Part shown: positions 33,780 to 42,140 of the stretch, piece after piece | Layout of the letters: every line of letters begins with the position of its first letter | How positions within the stretch are numbered: position 1 is the first letter of the stretch | IMG/VR virus record: IMGVR_UViG_3300032280_000880 | Coordinates: 1-42,880 of that record | Reading direction: 5' to 3' (one strand) | DNA from: a virus | Taxonomy: Duplodnaviria; Caudoviricetes | DNA: 42,880 nt | Position numbers and translations under genes: made by a program | Notes under the pieces: generated by a model | The model's input: the letters and a program-made list of their open reading frames with translations, nothing else | What the model was told of the DNA's origin: nothing | Databases searched by the model: none

Positions 33780-34253
33780 ATGGCCTACAATAGACCACCA
33801 CAAGTGACCTTGGCCGGAGTGGCCTTACGACAAAATCCCCCGCCCACGGTGGTGCAGCCTGCTGGCATTGTGCCTGTCACACTGGATGCCGAAATTGCCA
33901 CTACCACCAGCTTGGGCGTGGTGCAGGTGGGCAATGGTCTTGCTATCACACCAGCGGGTGTGCTATCGGCCACTGGCGGCGGCGACTGTTGCCAGGTCAA
34001 TACAAAAATCACTCGCAATAGTTACACCGCTACTGCGAGCGATTGCTTTATTGGTGCCACTGAAAAAAACATTACCATAACACTGCCAAAAGGCGTGGAT
34101 GGCAAAGTTTACTATATCAAAAATCGAGCAAATGGCAGCATCACAGTCAAAGCAGCCAGTGGCGAAGGTATAGATGGTAGTTCATCTAAAACACTAGGAA
34201 CCAGCGGCAGTCTCATACTGATATTTGCCGATGATTGCTGGAACATCATGTAA
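33780..34253 (+). CDS. Fibre-like beta-domain protein, third paralog
   Basis: ATTTSLGVVQVGNGLAITPAGVLS tail-fibre-type repeat, then DCC and ITITLPKG..GKVYYIKN...IDG...W. Confidence 0.8.
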   Translation: MAYNRPPQVTLAGVALRQNPPPTVVQPAGIVPVTLDAEIATTTSLGVVQVGNGLAITPAGVLSATGGGDCCQVNTKITRNSYTATASDCFIGATEKNITITLPKGVDGKVYYIKNRANGSITVKAASGEGIDGSSSKTLGTSGSLILIFADDCWNIM

Positions 34254-34262
34254 GGTAAAATC

Positions 34263-34793
34263 ATGTACAAAAAAGTCACACACAATATCACAGAAGAACA
34301 TTTTGAGCATCCCATGGCTGCTCAAGTATTTGGTGCCGCTGCGGCCTACACTAGACCTGCCAAGTACCCGGATGGCACTGCCATTCCAGAGTCATTGCCG
34401 CCCAGCTATCAACCAGCCTGGCGTGGGCAAGCACCAAGTGGGCAAAAATGCCGCAACTGCAAGAACTATGATGCTGCCACAAGTATTTGCCTTGGCTGGA
34501 ATGCCCCTGTGAGACCGGGTTGGTGGTGCGCAGCCTGGGACAGTACCATGCCGAAAACAGCCAGCAGTGCTTGGATGATATATGACCAAGATGAAGACAT
34601 GATTGTGCTGGATGTGCCACTCATGATCAGAATCATGGAATATGCTCGAGAACAAGCAGCCACGGACCAAGAACTGCACACAATTGCAAAAAAGATGATC
34701 CGGTTGGTCAACCAAGAGGGTGAGTTGACCATGGATCACTACCGGGACATAGTGGGTGAGACTACACCTGCGTATGTGCCCGAAGCCAAGTGA
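34263..34793 (+). CDS. MYKK...EEH-tagged protein with HiPIP-like Cys4 domain
   Basis: Y...QKCRNC-x9-C-x12-CAAW with V.PGWWC; C-terminal LDVPLMIRIMEYARE helical domain. Confidence 0.7.
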   Translation: MYKKVTHNITEEHFEHPMAAQVFGAAAAYTRPAKYPDGTAIPESLPPSYQPAWRGQAPSGQKCRNCKNYDAATSICLGWNAPVRPGWWCAAWDSTMPKTASSAWMIYDQDEDMIVLDVPLMIRIMEYAREQAATDQELHTIAKKMIRLVNQEGELTMDHYRDIVGETTPAYVPEAK

Positions 34794-35542
34794 GACAGTT
34801 CCTTCTAAAATCCAGTCCCCGAGATGATCGGGACTGGATCTATCAAAGATCTGATCTAACTCCGCAACCCAAGGTAGATTTGCGAGAGTGGGACAGTGCT
34901 GTGGACAGTCAATTGGATCTAGGCAGTTGTGCCGGCAATGCCATGGCCAATGCCTACGAGCTGCAGGTTCGGAGACAAGCACCCGAAAACTTTGTGGAAC
35001 TGAGTCGCCTGTTCATCTACTACAATGCACGAGCAATTGACAACAGCATCGATCAAGATACCGGAGCCTATCTCAGAGATGTGATCAAGGCCGTGCGAGA
35101 CCATGGCATCTGCAGTGAAGCGTTGTGGCCGTACAATGTAGAAAACTTTGCAGTGAGACCCAGTGACGAAAGTTTTGAGGATGCCCGGTCAAGATCCTTG
35201 CGCAACTACCGCAAACTAGACACCATCGATGACACTGTGGACGCCTTGAGTCAACTGCGTCCTGTGATATTTGGCATGGAAATTTATGCCAGTTTCATGC
35301 GAGTAAACGCCGAGAATCCTGTGGTACCCATGCCCGAGCCCGATGAACAGGGTCGAGGTGGACATGCCATGTGCATGGTGGGATATAGACTGCCCGAGCG
35401 ACAATTCTTGGCCAAAAACAGTTTTGGCACTGCCTGGGGAGATCAGGGCTACTGTTGGATTCCGTTTGAATATCTAGAACAGCAAGGTTACGACCGCTGG
35501 GTGTTTGATATTTGGAATCCGGTGCTGGATCGTGTCAGTTAA
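34790..35542 (+). CDS. Papain-like cysteine peptidase (C1A)
   Basis: VDLR, Q..LGSC, SRLFIYY, GGHAMCMVGY and KNSFGTAWGDQGY motifs (catalytic Q/C/H/N present). Confidence 0.92.
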   Translation: MRQFLLKSSPRDDRDWIYQRSDLTPQPKVDLREWDSAVDSQLDLGSCAGNAMANAYELQVRRQAPENFVELSRLFIYYNARAIDNSIDQDTGAYLRDVIKAVRDHGICSEALWPYNVENFAVRPSDESFEDARSRSLRNYRKLDTIDDTVDALSQLRPVIFGMEIYASFMRVNAENPVVPMPEPDEQGRGGHAMCMVGYRLPERQFLAKNSFGTAWGDQGYCWIPFEYLEQQGYDRWVFDIWNPVLDRVS

Positions 35543-35925
35543 AAGCCCCGGAACGGTGTTACAGGACTGGTGACGCTCACATCCTCAGCTTCGTCACTGG
35601 TCATGGTGCCAATTCGAACTGCACTGCTGGCGGGCATGCCCATGGCATGCAGCGCATCATGAATGTAGTCGACCACATGCGGATCATAGCTGATCACAAT
35701 TTCGTTTTCGCCAAACACTGATTCCCGACCCGCAAAGTCAGGAACGCTGTCTTGGGCACGCTGGGCAGCACCTTTGGCTCCGGCAATGGCCACACCAAAA
35801 CGATACTGCAGGTAAGGGTCTTGATTTTTCAGTGCCGGTATCTTGAACGCACCGGGCAAGGCACGGCCCACATCCGGGGCAATTGACCCCACACGGCTTT
35901 CCGACACAAATTCTCTAGCTCTCAC
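35539..35925 (-). CDS. Probable head-internal protein (MRAREFVSE N-terminus)
   Basis: Paralog of the next ORF (shared Y...R...A.A.A and S.E...V...SPV..F.GF motifs). Confidence 0.65.
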   Translation of the reverse strand: MRAREFVSESRVGSIAPDVGRALPGAFKIPALKNQDPYLQYRFGVAIAGAKGAAQRAQDSVPDFAGRESVFGENEIVISYDPHVVDYIHDALHAMGMPASSAVRIGTMTSDEAEDVSVTSPVTPFRGF

Positions 35926-36296
35926 CGGAATCCACCAAATCCTTGAACTGGGCTTTGTTTATTGGTAGATTTCACTTCCTCACTGTCCAGATCACCGCTG
36001 TTGAGATCTTCCCAGTTGGCACCTGCTGCCTTGAATGCTTGTTTGAGCATGTTTTGTTCAACCCGGGTATAGGGATGTGCAGTTCGATTTTTACCAACCC
36101 AGGATTCAGAATCCATTTCAACTGGTGTGTCGGTGCCGTCAGCACAGGCCACAGCCATCATGACTCGATTGAGAGTGTAGTCATTGTTGATGTTTTTGTG
36201 GCCGTCGGTAAAGGTGTCAAGACCAACTGTGGCATAGCGATTGCGTGCCGAGAGTTTGCCCATTTTTTCTTCGGCCACAAACTCCCGGGCTCGCAT
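35922..36296 (-). CDS. Probable head-internal protein (MRAREFVAE N-terminus)
   Basis: N-terminus resembles a capsid-targeting sequence; paralog of the previous ORF. Confidence 0.65.
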   Translation of the reverse strand: MRAREFVAEEKMGKLSARNRYATVGLDTFTDGHKNINNDYTLNRVMMAVACADGTDTPVEMDSESWVGKNRTAHPYTRVEQNMLKQAFKAAGANWEDLNSGDLDSEEVKSTNKQSPVQGFGGFR

Positions 36297-36301
36297 GTTG
36301 A

Positions 36302-39300
36302 TCAACCCTTGAACTGTTGCAGTTCGCGGAACAAACGACCAGCGTGAGACTCAACACTTTCGGCCATTGCCGGCTGTGGTGCCACAGCAGACATGCTGGC
36401 TGTTACCATTGCGCCTGGCACTCGAGAAAAAGCATTCAAGAAATCTCGGAAGTACATGGGGTTGCTGGCTTGACTCATGTCTGGACCACGATAGTTGTCA
36501 AATGACTTGAATCCCTTGGCTGGGTCATCTAGACCAAGACCAGTGGCTTGCAATGAGGTAACTTGTGTTTCCAGTCTGGGATCTCTCAACCACTCAGCTG
36601 CTGATTTTTTCTCGGTTTGGCCAGCGCCTTCTGCCATGGCTGGCTGTGTGCTAGCTGGTGACATAAAAGCAGTTACCATTGCACCAGGAACTCGAGCAAA
36701 AGCGTTCAAGAACTCTTCAAAGTGAGCCGGGTCACTGGCTTGACTCATGTCTGGACCACGGAAGTTGTCAAATGACTTGAATCCTTTGGCTGGGTCATCT
36801 AGACCAAGACCAGTGGCCTGCAATGACTTGGCCTGTTTCAGAGCAGGATCTCGCAACCACTCAGCTGGTGCTTTTTTCACAGCTTGATCTGCGCCTTCGG
36901 CTAGGTCTGCCTCTGCCAACTCATCAAGACGGCCCAGCATGGAAGCCATGCTTTCAGGCAAGTTGGGTTCAGCGTGTTTGCCCAAGGATGCTTTGATACT
37001 GTGTTTGAGACGCTCAGGTTGACTGCTACGATACTCGTCCGAATATTTGTGTTTGCTACGGGGATGATTGCCAGCAGGAATTTCACTGTAATCGGTTTGG
37101 CCAGGGCGAGCAAATTTGTTGACACTGTTGATACCTGTTCTTGCCATCAGTCGATCATCTTCCAGCATGGTCATGTCGTAGTTGCCATATCCGCTGGTCA
37201 TGCTTTCATCATCAAATTCCCAGGACATCACGCACTTGCCATTGATATAACCACGAATTTCCCGACCTGCTGAGTGCTCTTCTACATCATCAAAAGAATC
37301 TGCATCAAACTTGCCAATAAAATCATCAAAACTGTCATAGTGTTCGCCGTCATCGGCCTGCAGGTCTTCTGCCATGATTTGCTCATTCATGTCGTCCTTG
37401 TACATGCCTTTGCCCAAGCCAGCCAGTTCAGACAGTCGACCCAGGCCAACTTCTTCCAGTTGATCGCCGGAGTCGCAAGTGCAACCGGACTCGTCTTCTT
37501 GGTTGGGCAATGCATAGTATCCATGAACTGGGCACTCGTCGTCTTGATCTTCTTTCATGACACCTTGACGCGGTTCTTGAAGATTTGGCGGAGCATCCAC
37601 AGTTTGACCCGAGCTCTTGTTGCGATTCAAATCATTGCTGATGGGATCAGTTGACAGTTTCATGTCCTGGTATTCAGGCTCAGTGGGCCAGTCGGCTGCG
37701 TTTTCGTCCACAACTTCGGCGCAACCACAGGGTGCCTGACCACAGGCAGCACAGGCATGTGCACCGGTATCGGCACCCATGTTTACACCTGCACGGCTCA
37801 ACATCATGGCCAATTCTGCTGCATCATCGTCAGTGGCTGTGACTGTGACGCTTTTTTGAGGGCCACCGTGTGGATCAGTGCTCATGGACACATTGATGTT
37901 CATGCTTTCGGAAATCATGCTTTCCAGTTCACGGTTCAGGCTGTCATAAATGCCCTTGCCCACCACAGAGGAGCCACTGGACTTTTTCTTGCCCTCTGGC
38001 TTGCTGTCAGAGGCCTCTGAACTGGTGGCCACTGAGCCTGCTGTGGTACCAGATTCTTCCACATCCTTTGATTTTTTCTTGCCTTCGGATTTCTTTTTCT
38101 CAGGCAGGCCTTCATGCTTGGTACTGGCAAAATCTTCTGCGTCTTTCTTGCCCATTGACCGAGCTGTTTTGGCAACTTCTTTTGACGCAGGCTTTTCACC
38201 CTTTTGAGCAGCATGTACCATGCCCATGAACTTTTGTTGCTTTTTGCTCACAGCTTTTTCTTCCAAGGGAGTCACAGTGTAGCCACATTCTTCCAGGGCT
38301 GCAATTGCTTCTTCGATCTCTTCGGGATTCAACAACTTGCTGTTGCCGCTAGGGCCTTTGGCACCTGTACTTTTGCCAGTGCCCTTGGGTCGACCGCGAC
38401 CACGCGGGCCACTTGAGGATGCAGCATCACCGTCGGCACCCACTGACATGCCTTCGGGATCCACCCTGCGTGTTACCATGCGACCAGTTGAGGTATGCTT
38501 GATATCATGCTTGGCGCCGTGTTGGGTATCGCCCTTTTTTGCCATGCCAGCTCTGCGCTTGACATCGTTCAACATATCGTCCCAGTTTTCTTCAACTGGT
38601 TCACCGTGACCGCCCAAGGCAGCTTTCATGGCTTCAGCAGCAACATCGCCCAGCATTTCGTCTACTTCTTTTTTGGCACCGGCAATCTTGTCGGCAAAAG
38701 TAACTTTGTCTCGGGGTTCAGCCAAGGCAGCAAATGACTTTTGCTTGGCTGTCATTGGCATACCACCTTCTTCTTTAACTGGGAATTCTTCGTCGCCCAA
38801 TTTGAAACTGTCTTGGCCACGGGCTTTGGCTTGTTGTGCTTTGAAGTGCATGACTCCAGAGCCTTCTTCCATGTCGCCCTCGGGCAAATTGGGCTCTGCA
38901 TGTGTTCCATGCGCATCTTTGATACTGCCTTTGAGACTGGTTATTTGATCTCTTGATGGCATACCTTTTCTTTTGCCGGCTGTGTTGATGTTGTGTTTGA
39001 TGCCTGTACGACCAATACCGGATCCTGTGGTCAAGGGATCAGTTGACGGAAACTCACTTTGAACTCCACCTGTTCTACGCTTTTGTCCAGGATCATTTTT
39101 GGGTCTCAGTGGAATTTCGTAACCATAGCCGATGTTGTCATATTCATCACTGTCCCCGGGTTCTTGAGTGTACAGTTGATCTTTGTACTTGGGATCACGC
39201 CACTTGGCTGCTTCTTCTATATCAGCTTCTTCCAGCTGACCAGCTTTTTTCATCTTTTGAAACTGAGCACCTGCCACACGCTCGCCAGCGGCCTTTGAGC

Positions 39301-39448
39301 CATATTTTTTGGCAGCTTTGTTAGCCAAGGCCTTGAAGCCAGTGGTGGCATTGTTGTGCTTGCCCATGTCACGCTCGGTGAGCTGAGTGGGTTCGGCGCG
39401 GTTTTCAACTGCATCGAGACGTTTAAAGAGATCGTAGAAAAAAGTCAT
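36302..39448 (-). CDS. Large low-complexity modular protein (1048 aa), probable protease-processed head protein
   Basis: Alternating basic and acidic modules separated by [LMIV]-x-E sites; DUF3008-like KAVSKKQQKFMG...FASTKHEGLPEK module; internal duplications. Confidence 0.65.
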   Translation of the reverse strand: MTFFYDLFKRLDAVENRAEPTQLTERDMGKHNNATTGFKALANKAAKKYGSKAAGERVAGAQFQKMKKAGQLEEADIEEAAKWRDPKYKDQLYTQEPGDSDEYDNIGYGYEIPLRPKNDPGQKRRTGGVQSEFPSTDPLTTGSGIGRTGIKHNINTAGKRKGMPSRDQITSLKGSIKDAHGTHAEPNLPEGDMEEGSGVMHFKAQQAKARGQDSFKLGDEEFPVKEEGGMPMTAKQKSFAALAEPRDKVTFADKIAGAKKEVDEMLGDVAAEAMKAALGGHGEPVEENWDDMLNDVKRRAGMAKKGDTQHGAKHDIKHTSTGRMVTRRVDPEGMSVGADGDAASSSGPRGRGRPKGTGKSTGAKGPSGNSKLLNPEEIEEAIAALEECGYTVTPLEEKAVSKKQQKFMGMVHAAQKGEKPASKEVAKTARSMGKKDAEDFASTKHEGLPEKKKSEGKKKSKDVEESGTTAGSVATSSEASDSKPEGKKKSSGSSVVGKGIYDSLNRELESMISESMNINVSMSTDPHGGPQKSVTVTATDDDAAELAMMLSRAGVNMGADTGAHACAACGQAPCGCAEVVDENAADWPTEPEYQDMKLSTDPISNDLNRNKSSGQTVDAPPNLQEPRQGVMKEDQDDECPVHGYYALPNQEDESGCTCDSGDQLEEVGLGRLSELAGLGKGMYKDDMNEQIMAEDLQADDGEHYDSFDDFIGKFDADSFDDVEEHSAGREIRGYINGKCVMSWEFDDESMTSGYGNYDMTMLEDDRLMARTGINSVNKFARPGQTDYSEIPAGNHPRSKHKYSDEYRSSQPERLKHSIKASLGKHAEPNLPESMASMLGRLDELAEADLAEGADQAVKKAPAEWLRDPALKQAKSLQATGLGLDDPAKGFKSFDNFRGPDMSQASDPAHFEEFLNAFARVPGAMVTAFMSPASTQPAMAEGAGQTEKKSAAEWLRDPRLETQVTSLQATGLGLDDPAKGFKSFDNYRGPDMSQASNPMYFRDFLNAFSRVPGAMVTASMSAVAPQPAMAESVESHAGRLFRELQQFKG
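36359..36897 (-). repeat. Imperfect tandem duplication with about 270 bp period inside the 1048-aa ORF
   Basis: GGCTTGACTCATGTCTGGACCACG at about 36467 and 36737; EWLRDP...SLQATGLGLDDPAKGFKSFDN.RGPDMSQAS occurs twice in the protein. Confidence 0.9.
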
Positions 39449-39454
39449 GTTATA

Positions 39455-40063
39455 TTATCCTCGGGGATGTGCGCCAGTAGGCGGCTTGGGGGGACGCTTG
39501 ATTGTGCTCATGGGGCTTTTCACACCCTGTGGCAAATCATTTGTGGTCTTGGCTGCGGGTGTTTTACCACCAGCCACAGTGAAATCACTGCGATAGGCAT
39601 TTTTCAACACCACATGATCGTGGGGTTCAGCTGAGTAATCCTGACTCAGGGCCTTTTGTTCAGCATCAGGAGCAGGAAAGTCTGTGTGTTTCAACAGGTC
39701 TTTATTTTGTGCAGCCACACGGGCAGCTTCTTGAGCGAGACTGTCATCATGCGATTGAGTTACCAATTGAATACGATTGGGATCCATGCCCAACAAATTG
39801 GCCAACTGCTGAATCTGGGGCTCAATGGCTGGGTAGCGCAGTTCTAGATCAAAACTGGAAACTGATTCATTGGAGAACTTGGCAAATCCAGCGGGCTGGG
39901 CCTGCACTGGTGTTGACTTGATGTTGCCCAAGCGAACAGGATCAAACTGATCCAGACGCTGTTTGAGCCGGCTGACAAAATCTGCAGGTACATCACCCAC
40001 CATGCGTATGCGATACAAGTAGGTTTTTTCTGATTCTGCCAGGTATTCTTTGAATAATTTCAT
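39455..40063 (-). CDS. Hypothetical head-region protein (MKLFKEYLAE N-terminus)
   Basis: GAGGA SD, TAAATA upstream, capsid-targeting-like start. Confidence 0.7.
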   Translation of the reverse strand: MKLFKEYLAESEKTYLYRIRMVGDVPADFVSRLKQRLDQFDPVRLGNIKSTPVQAQPAGFAKFSNESVSSFDLELRYPAIEPQIQQLANLLGMDPNRIQLVTQSHDDSLAQEAARVAAQNKDLLKHTDFPAPDAEQKALSQDYSAEPHDHVVLKNAYRSDFTVAGGKTPAAKTTNDLPQGVKSPMSTIKRPPKPPTGAHPRG

Positions 40064-40083
40064 TGGTATATTCCTCTACATAT

Positions 40084-40569
40084 TTATTCAGTTTTGTGGT
40101 TTTGTGACCGATTGCCTAGAATACGCTCCAGCAGATCATTGCGACTCAACACCTGACCTTGACCCTGAGCAGCGGGTTCATCTTCACCGCGATCCTGGTC
40201 CATGCGAGCCTTTTTCAACTGCAGATCTATCATTTTTAATTTTTTGTTCAGCTTGGCTGTTTTGGCTGTGAGCGCATGACCCAGCATGGTTCCAGCCACA
40301 GCAAATATTTCGGATGCATAGCGACTGTCTATATTCATGCCTAGATCGGTGAGATCACGATAGCTGTCCACAGCCAGGCGGGCCAGCTCGTCCAGTTCTT
40401 CGTCGCCAGTGTCCAGGCCACGAACTGTGGGCAGGGCAGCTTCAATCTTGTCCACCACATGATTGATTTCTTCCAGTGCTGTTTGTGTTTCAGTCACTGT
40501 GAGTGGCACATCCACAGGTGGCGCTTCATCACCGGTGGGCAGATCAAAAAGTTCTTCGAGTTTTCGCAT
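40084..40569 (-). CDS. Probable terminase small subunit (gp16-like)
   Basis: Helical 161 aa with DL.DLGMN.DSR.ASEIF.VA..ML and a C-terminal SRNDLL motif resembling gp16; head-gene context. Confidence 0.5.
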   Translation of the reverse strand: MRKLEELFDLPTGDEAPPVDVPLTVTETQTALEEINHVVDKIEAALPTVRGLDTGDEELDELARLAVDSYRDLTDLGMNIDSRYASEIFAVAGTMLGHALTAKTAKLNKKLKMIDLQLKKARMDQDRGEDEPAAQGQGQVLSRNDLLERILGNRSQNHKTE

Positions 40570-40576
40570 ACCTTAT

Positions 40577-41326
40577 TTATTGGGTTAATTTATATGTCTC
40601 AAAGTCTGTTCGGTGTAGCAAAGAGTATTTTACTTTGTCCCAAGTGATGTTTAATTGTTTAGAAATTTGTAGATTGTTTAACCCCGAATCGTGTAATGCA
40701 ATAATTTTTAGCGCCAAATCTAAATTTTTTTCTAAGTAAGTATTTAAAGTTGTTTTTCTCTTCTTATCTGACCAAGGTTTTCCTTTTCTTGCTGCTGCGT
40801 TTTTACGGCAGTTATCTAGTCTAGACTGTATGGCTTTTTCTGTCCATACTCTATTTCGCATTTTTTCTTTCATCGACTCTGACCTTTTGGCCCCTTTAAC
40901 AGCGGTTGGGCCTCTTCGATCTACTCCAATTTGATGCTTTAGTTTATTATCTTTATTTTTCAATGGATGATTTAGCTTCATGTTTTCAGAATGATGTTCT
41001 GAAAACATTTTCTTAGCAATTTCATATATTTTACTGTTTGGTCTGTATCGTTGCTGTTGCATTAAGTTCTTTTGATTGGATAGTTGCCAAAATGCATAGA
41101 TCATTTTTCTCTTTTTGTCGCCAGTTAACATCTTTGTTAATAACAGATGACAAATAAAGTGTTCTCTAGCTGTAAGAACTACTAAATTTTCTTTACCGTT
41201 TAAGCCACCGATTGATTTTGGAATAATATGATGCTTTTCGACATAGGAAGGAATTACTGTCCTATTCTTAGCATTATCAATAATCAAGTAGTACCACTTA
41301 GAATATTTGTTGTTTTCAAATAACAT
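40577..41326 (-). mobile_element. Free-standing HNH homing endonuclease
   Basis: YVEKHHIIPKSIGG....NLVVLTAREHFICHLLL with a basic NUMOD-like tail; markedly AT-rich relative to its flanks. Confidence 0.85.
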
Positions 41327-41349
41327 TGCAAAATCTCCTGCATTGTTAT

Positions 41350-41781
41350 TTATCTTTTTCCATTTACAAAAATGTCTTCTTCAGTGACCACTCTAAATCC
41401 CAAGCCGGCTCGTTGGCAAAACTTGGAGGCGGCCTGCCATTTGGCGTAGTTCACTGCTACCACGGCACGGTCACGCGATGATGCCTTGCTTTCAATTAAA
41501 CTTTGTTTTTTGGGTTTGATTTCGATCACTTCGGCATGAGTAGTGCCAGCTTTGTCTTGATAAGTGATAAAAAAGTCCGGCACATAGATACTGCCTTTGC
41601 CCGTGATGGGATTCACATAGGGTATGCGTATGCTTTCACTGGCCCAGCTCAAGATGTGTTGATTGTTGTCGCAAAATGTCATAAAGGCCAGCTCCCATGA
41701 GCTACGATATTTTGGCTGGCCACGACCCACATACTTGTCAGCATTTTTGACAGTGTATGTGCCTTGAGCAAATCGTGTCAT
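41350..41781 (-). CDS. Head completion nuclease (gp4, TnsA-like PD-(D/E)xK)
   Basis: YRSSWE..FM..CD, WASE...IPY, YVPDF, IEIKP, N.AKW.AA and F.VVTE motifs. Confidence 0.88.
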   Translation of the reverse strand: MTRFAQGTYTVKNADKYVGRGQPKYRSSWELAFMTFCDNNQHILSWASESIRIPYVNPITGKGSIYVPDFFITYQDKAGTTHAEVIEIKPKKQSLIESKASSRDRAVVAVNYAKWQAASKFCQRAGLGFRVVTEEDIFVNGKR

Positions 41782-42137
41782 GATCTCACGTTTCTGGCCA
41801 CATAAAAATTGGGCTGCGTGGGAGAAGCAATGCCCAACAAAGTGGATGAACTGCGGATGCTGTTGACATAGTAGGTCAAGGTCAAGTTGAGTTCAGCACC
41901 ATCCACTGACTGCAGTTGTGCCAGCAGGTCCAGCACAGGCAGTCCGCTTTGAGCAGCAATTCTAAACAGGGTCACAGAAAAGTTGCCAGCAGCTTCTCGA
42001 GTGGTGTAGATGCTGGAAAAGTAGCTGTTGACAATGTCCCACTCGGCTGCATCTACTGAATAGGAAAAACTGTAGAATTCATCAAAAATTCTCACAGTTT
42101 GATCCAGCTGACGATTGGTGTAGTTTACTGATGCCAT
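41778..42137 (-). CDS. Hypothetical phage protein (119 aa)
   Basis: ATGA-coupled to gp4; clean ORF. Confidence 0.7.
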   Translation of the reverse strand: MASVNYTNRQLDQTVRIFDEFYSFSYSVDAAEWDIVNSYFSSIYTTREAAGNFSVTLFRIAAQSGLPVLDLLAQLQSVDGAELNLTLTYYVNSIRSSSTLLGIASPTQPNFYVARNVRS

Positions 42138-42140
42138 GTG

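Noticed and set aside
36-40739. Numerous 60-220 aa ORFs antisense to or overlapping assigned genes (e.g. 3452..4066, 6502..7131, 22903..23559, 31829..32134)
   Set aside because: These are shadow frames of well-supported genes, without motifs or ribosome binding sites; the GS-rich one merely mirrors the PEPT repeat.
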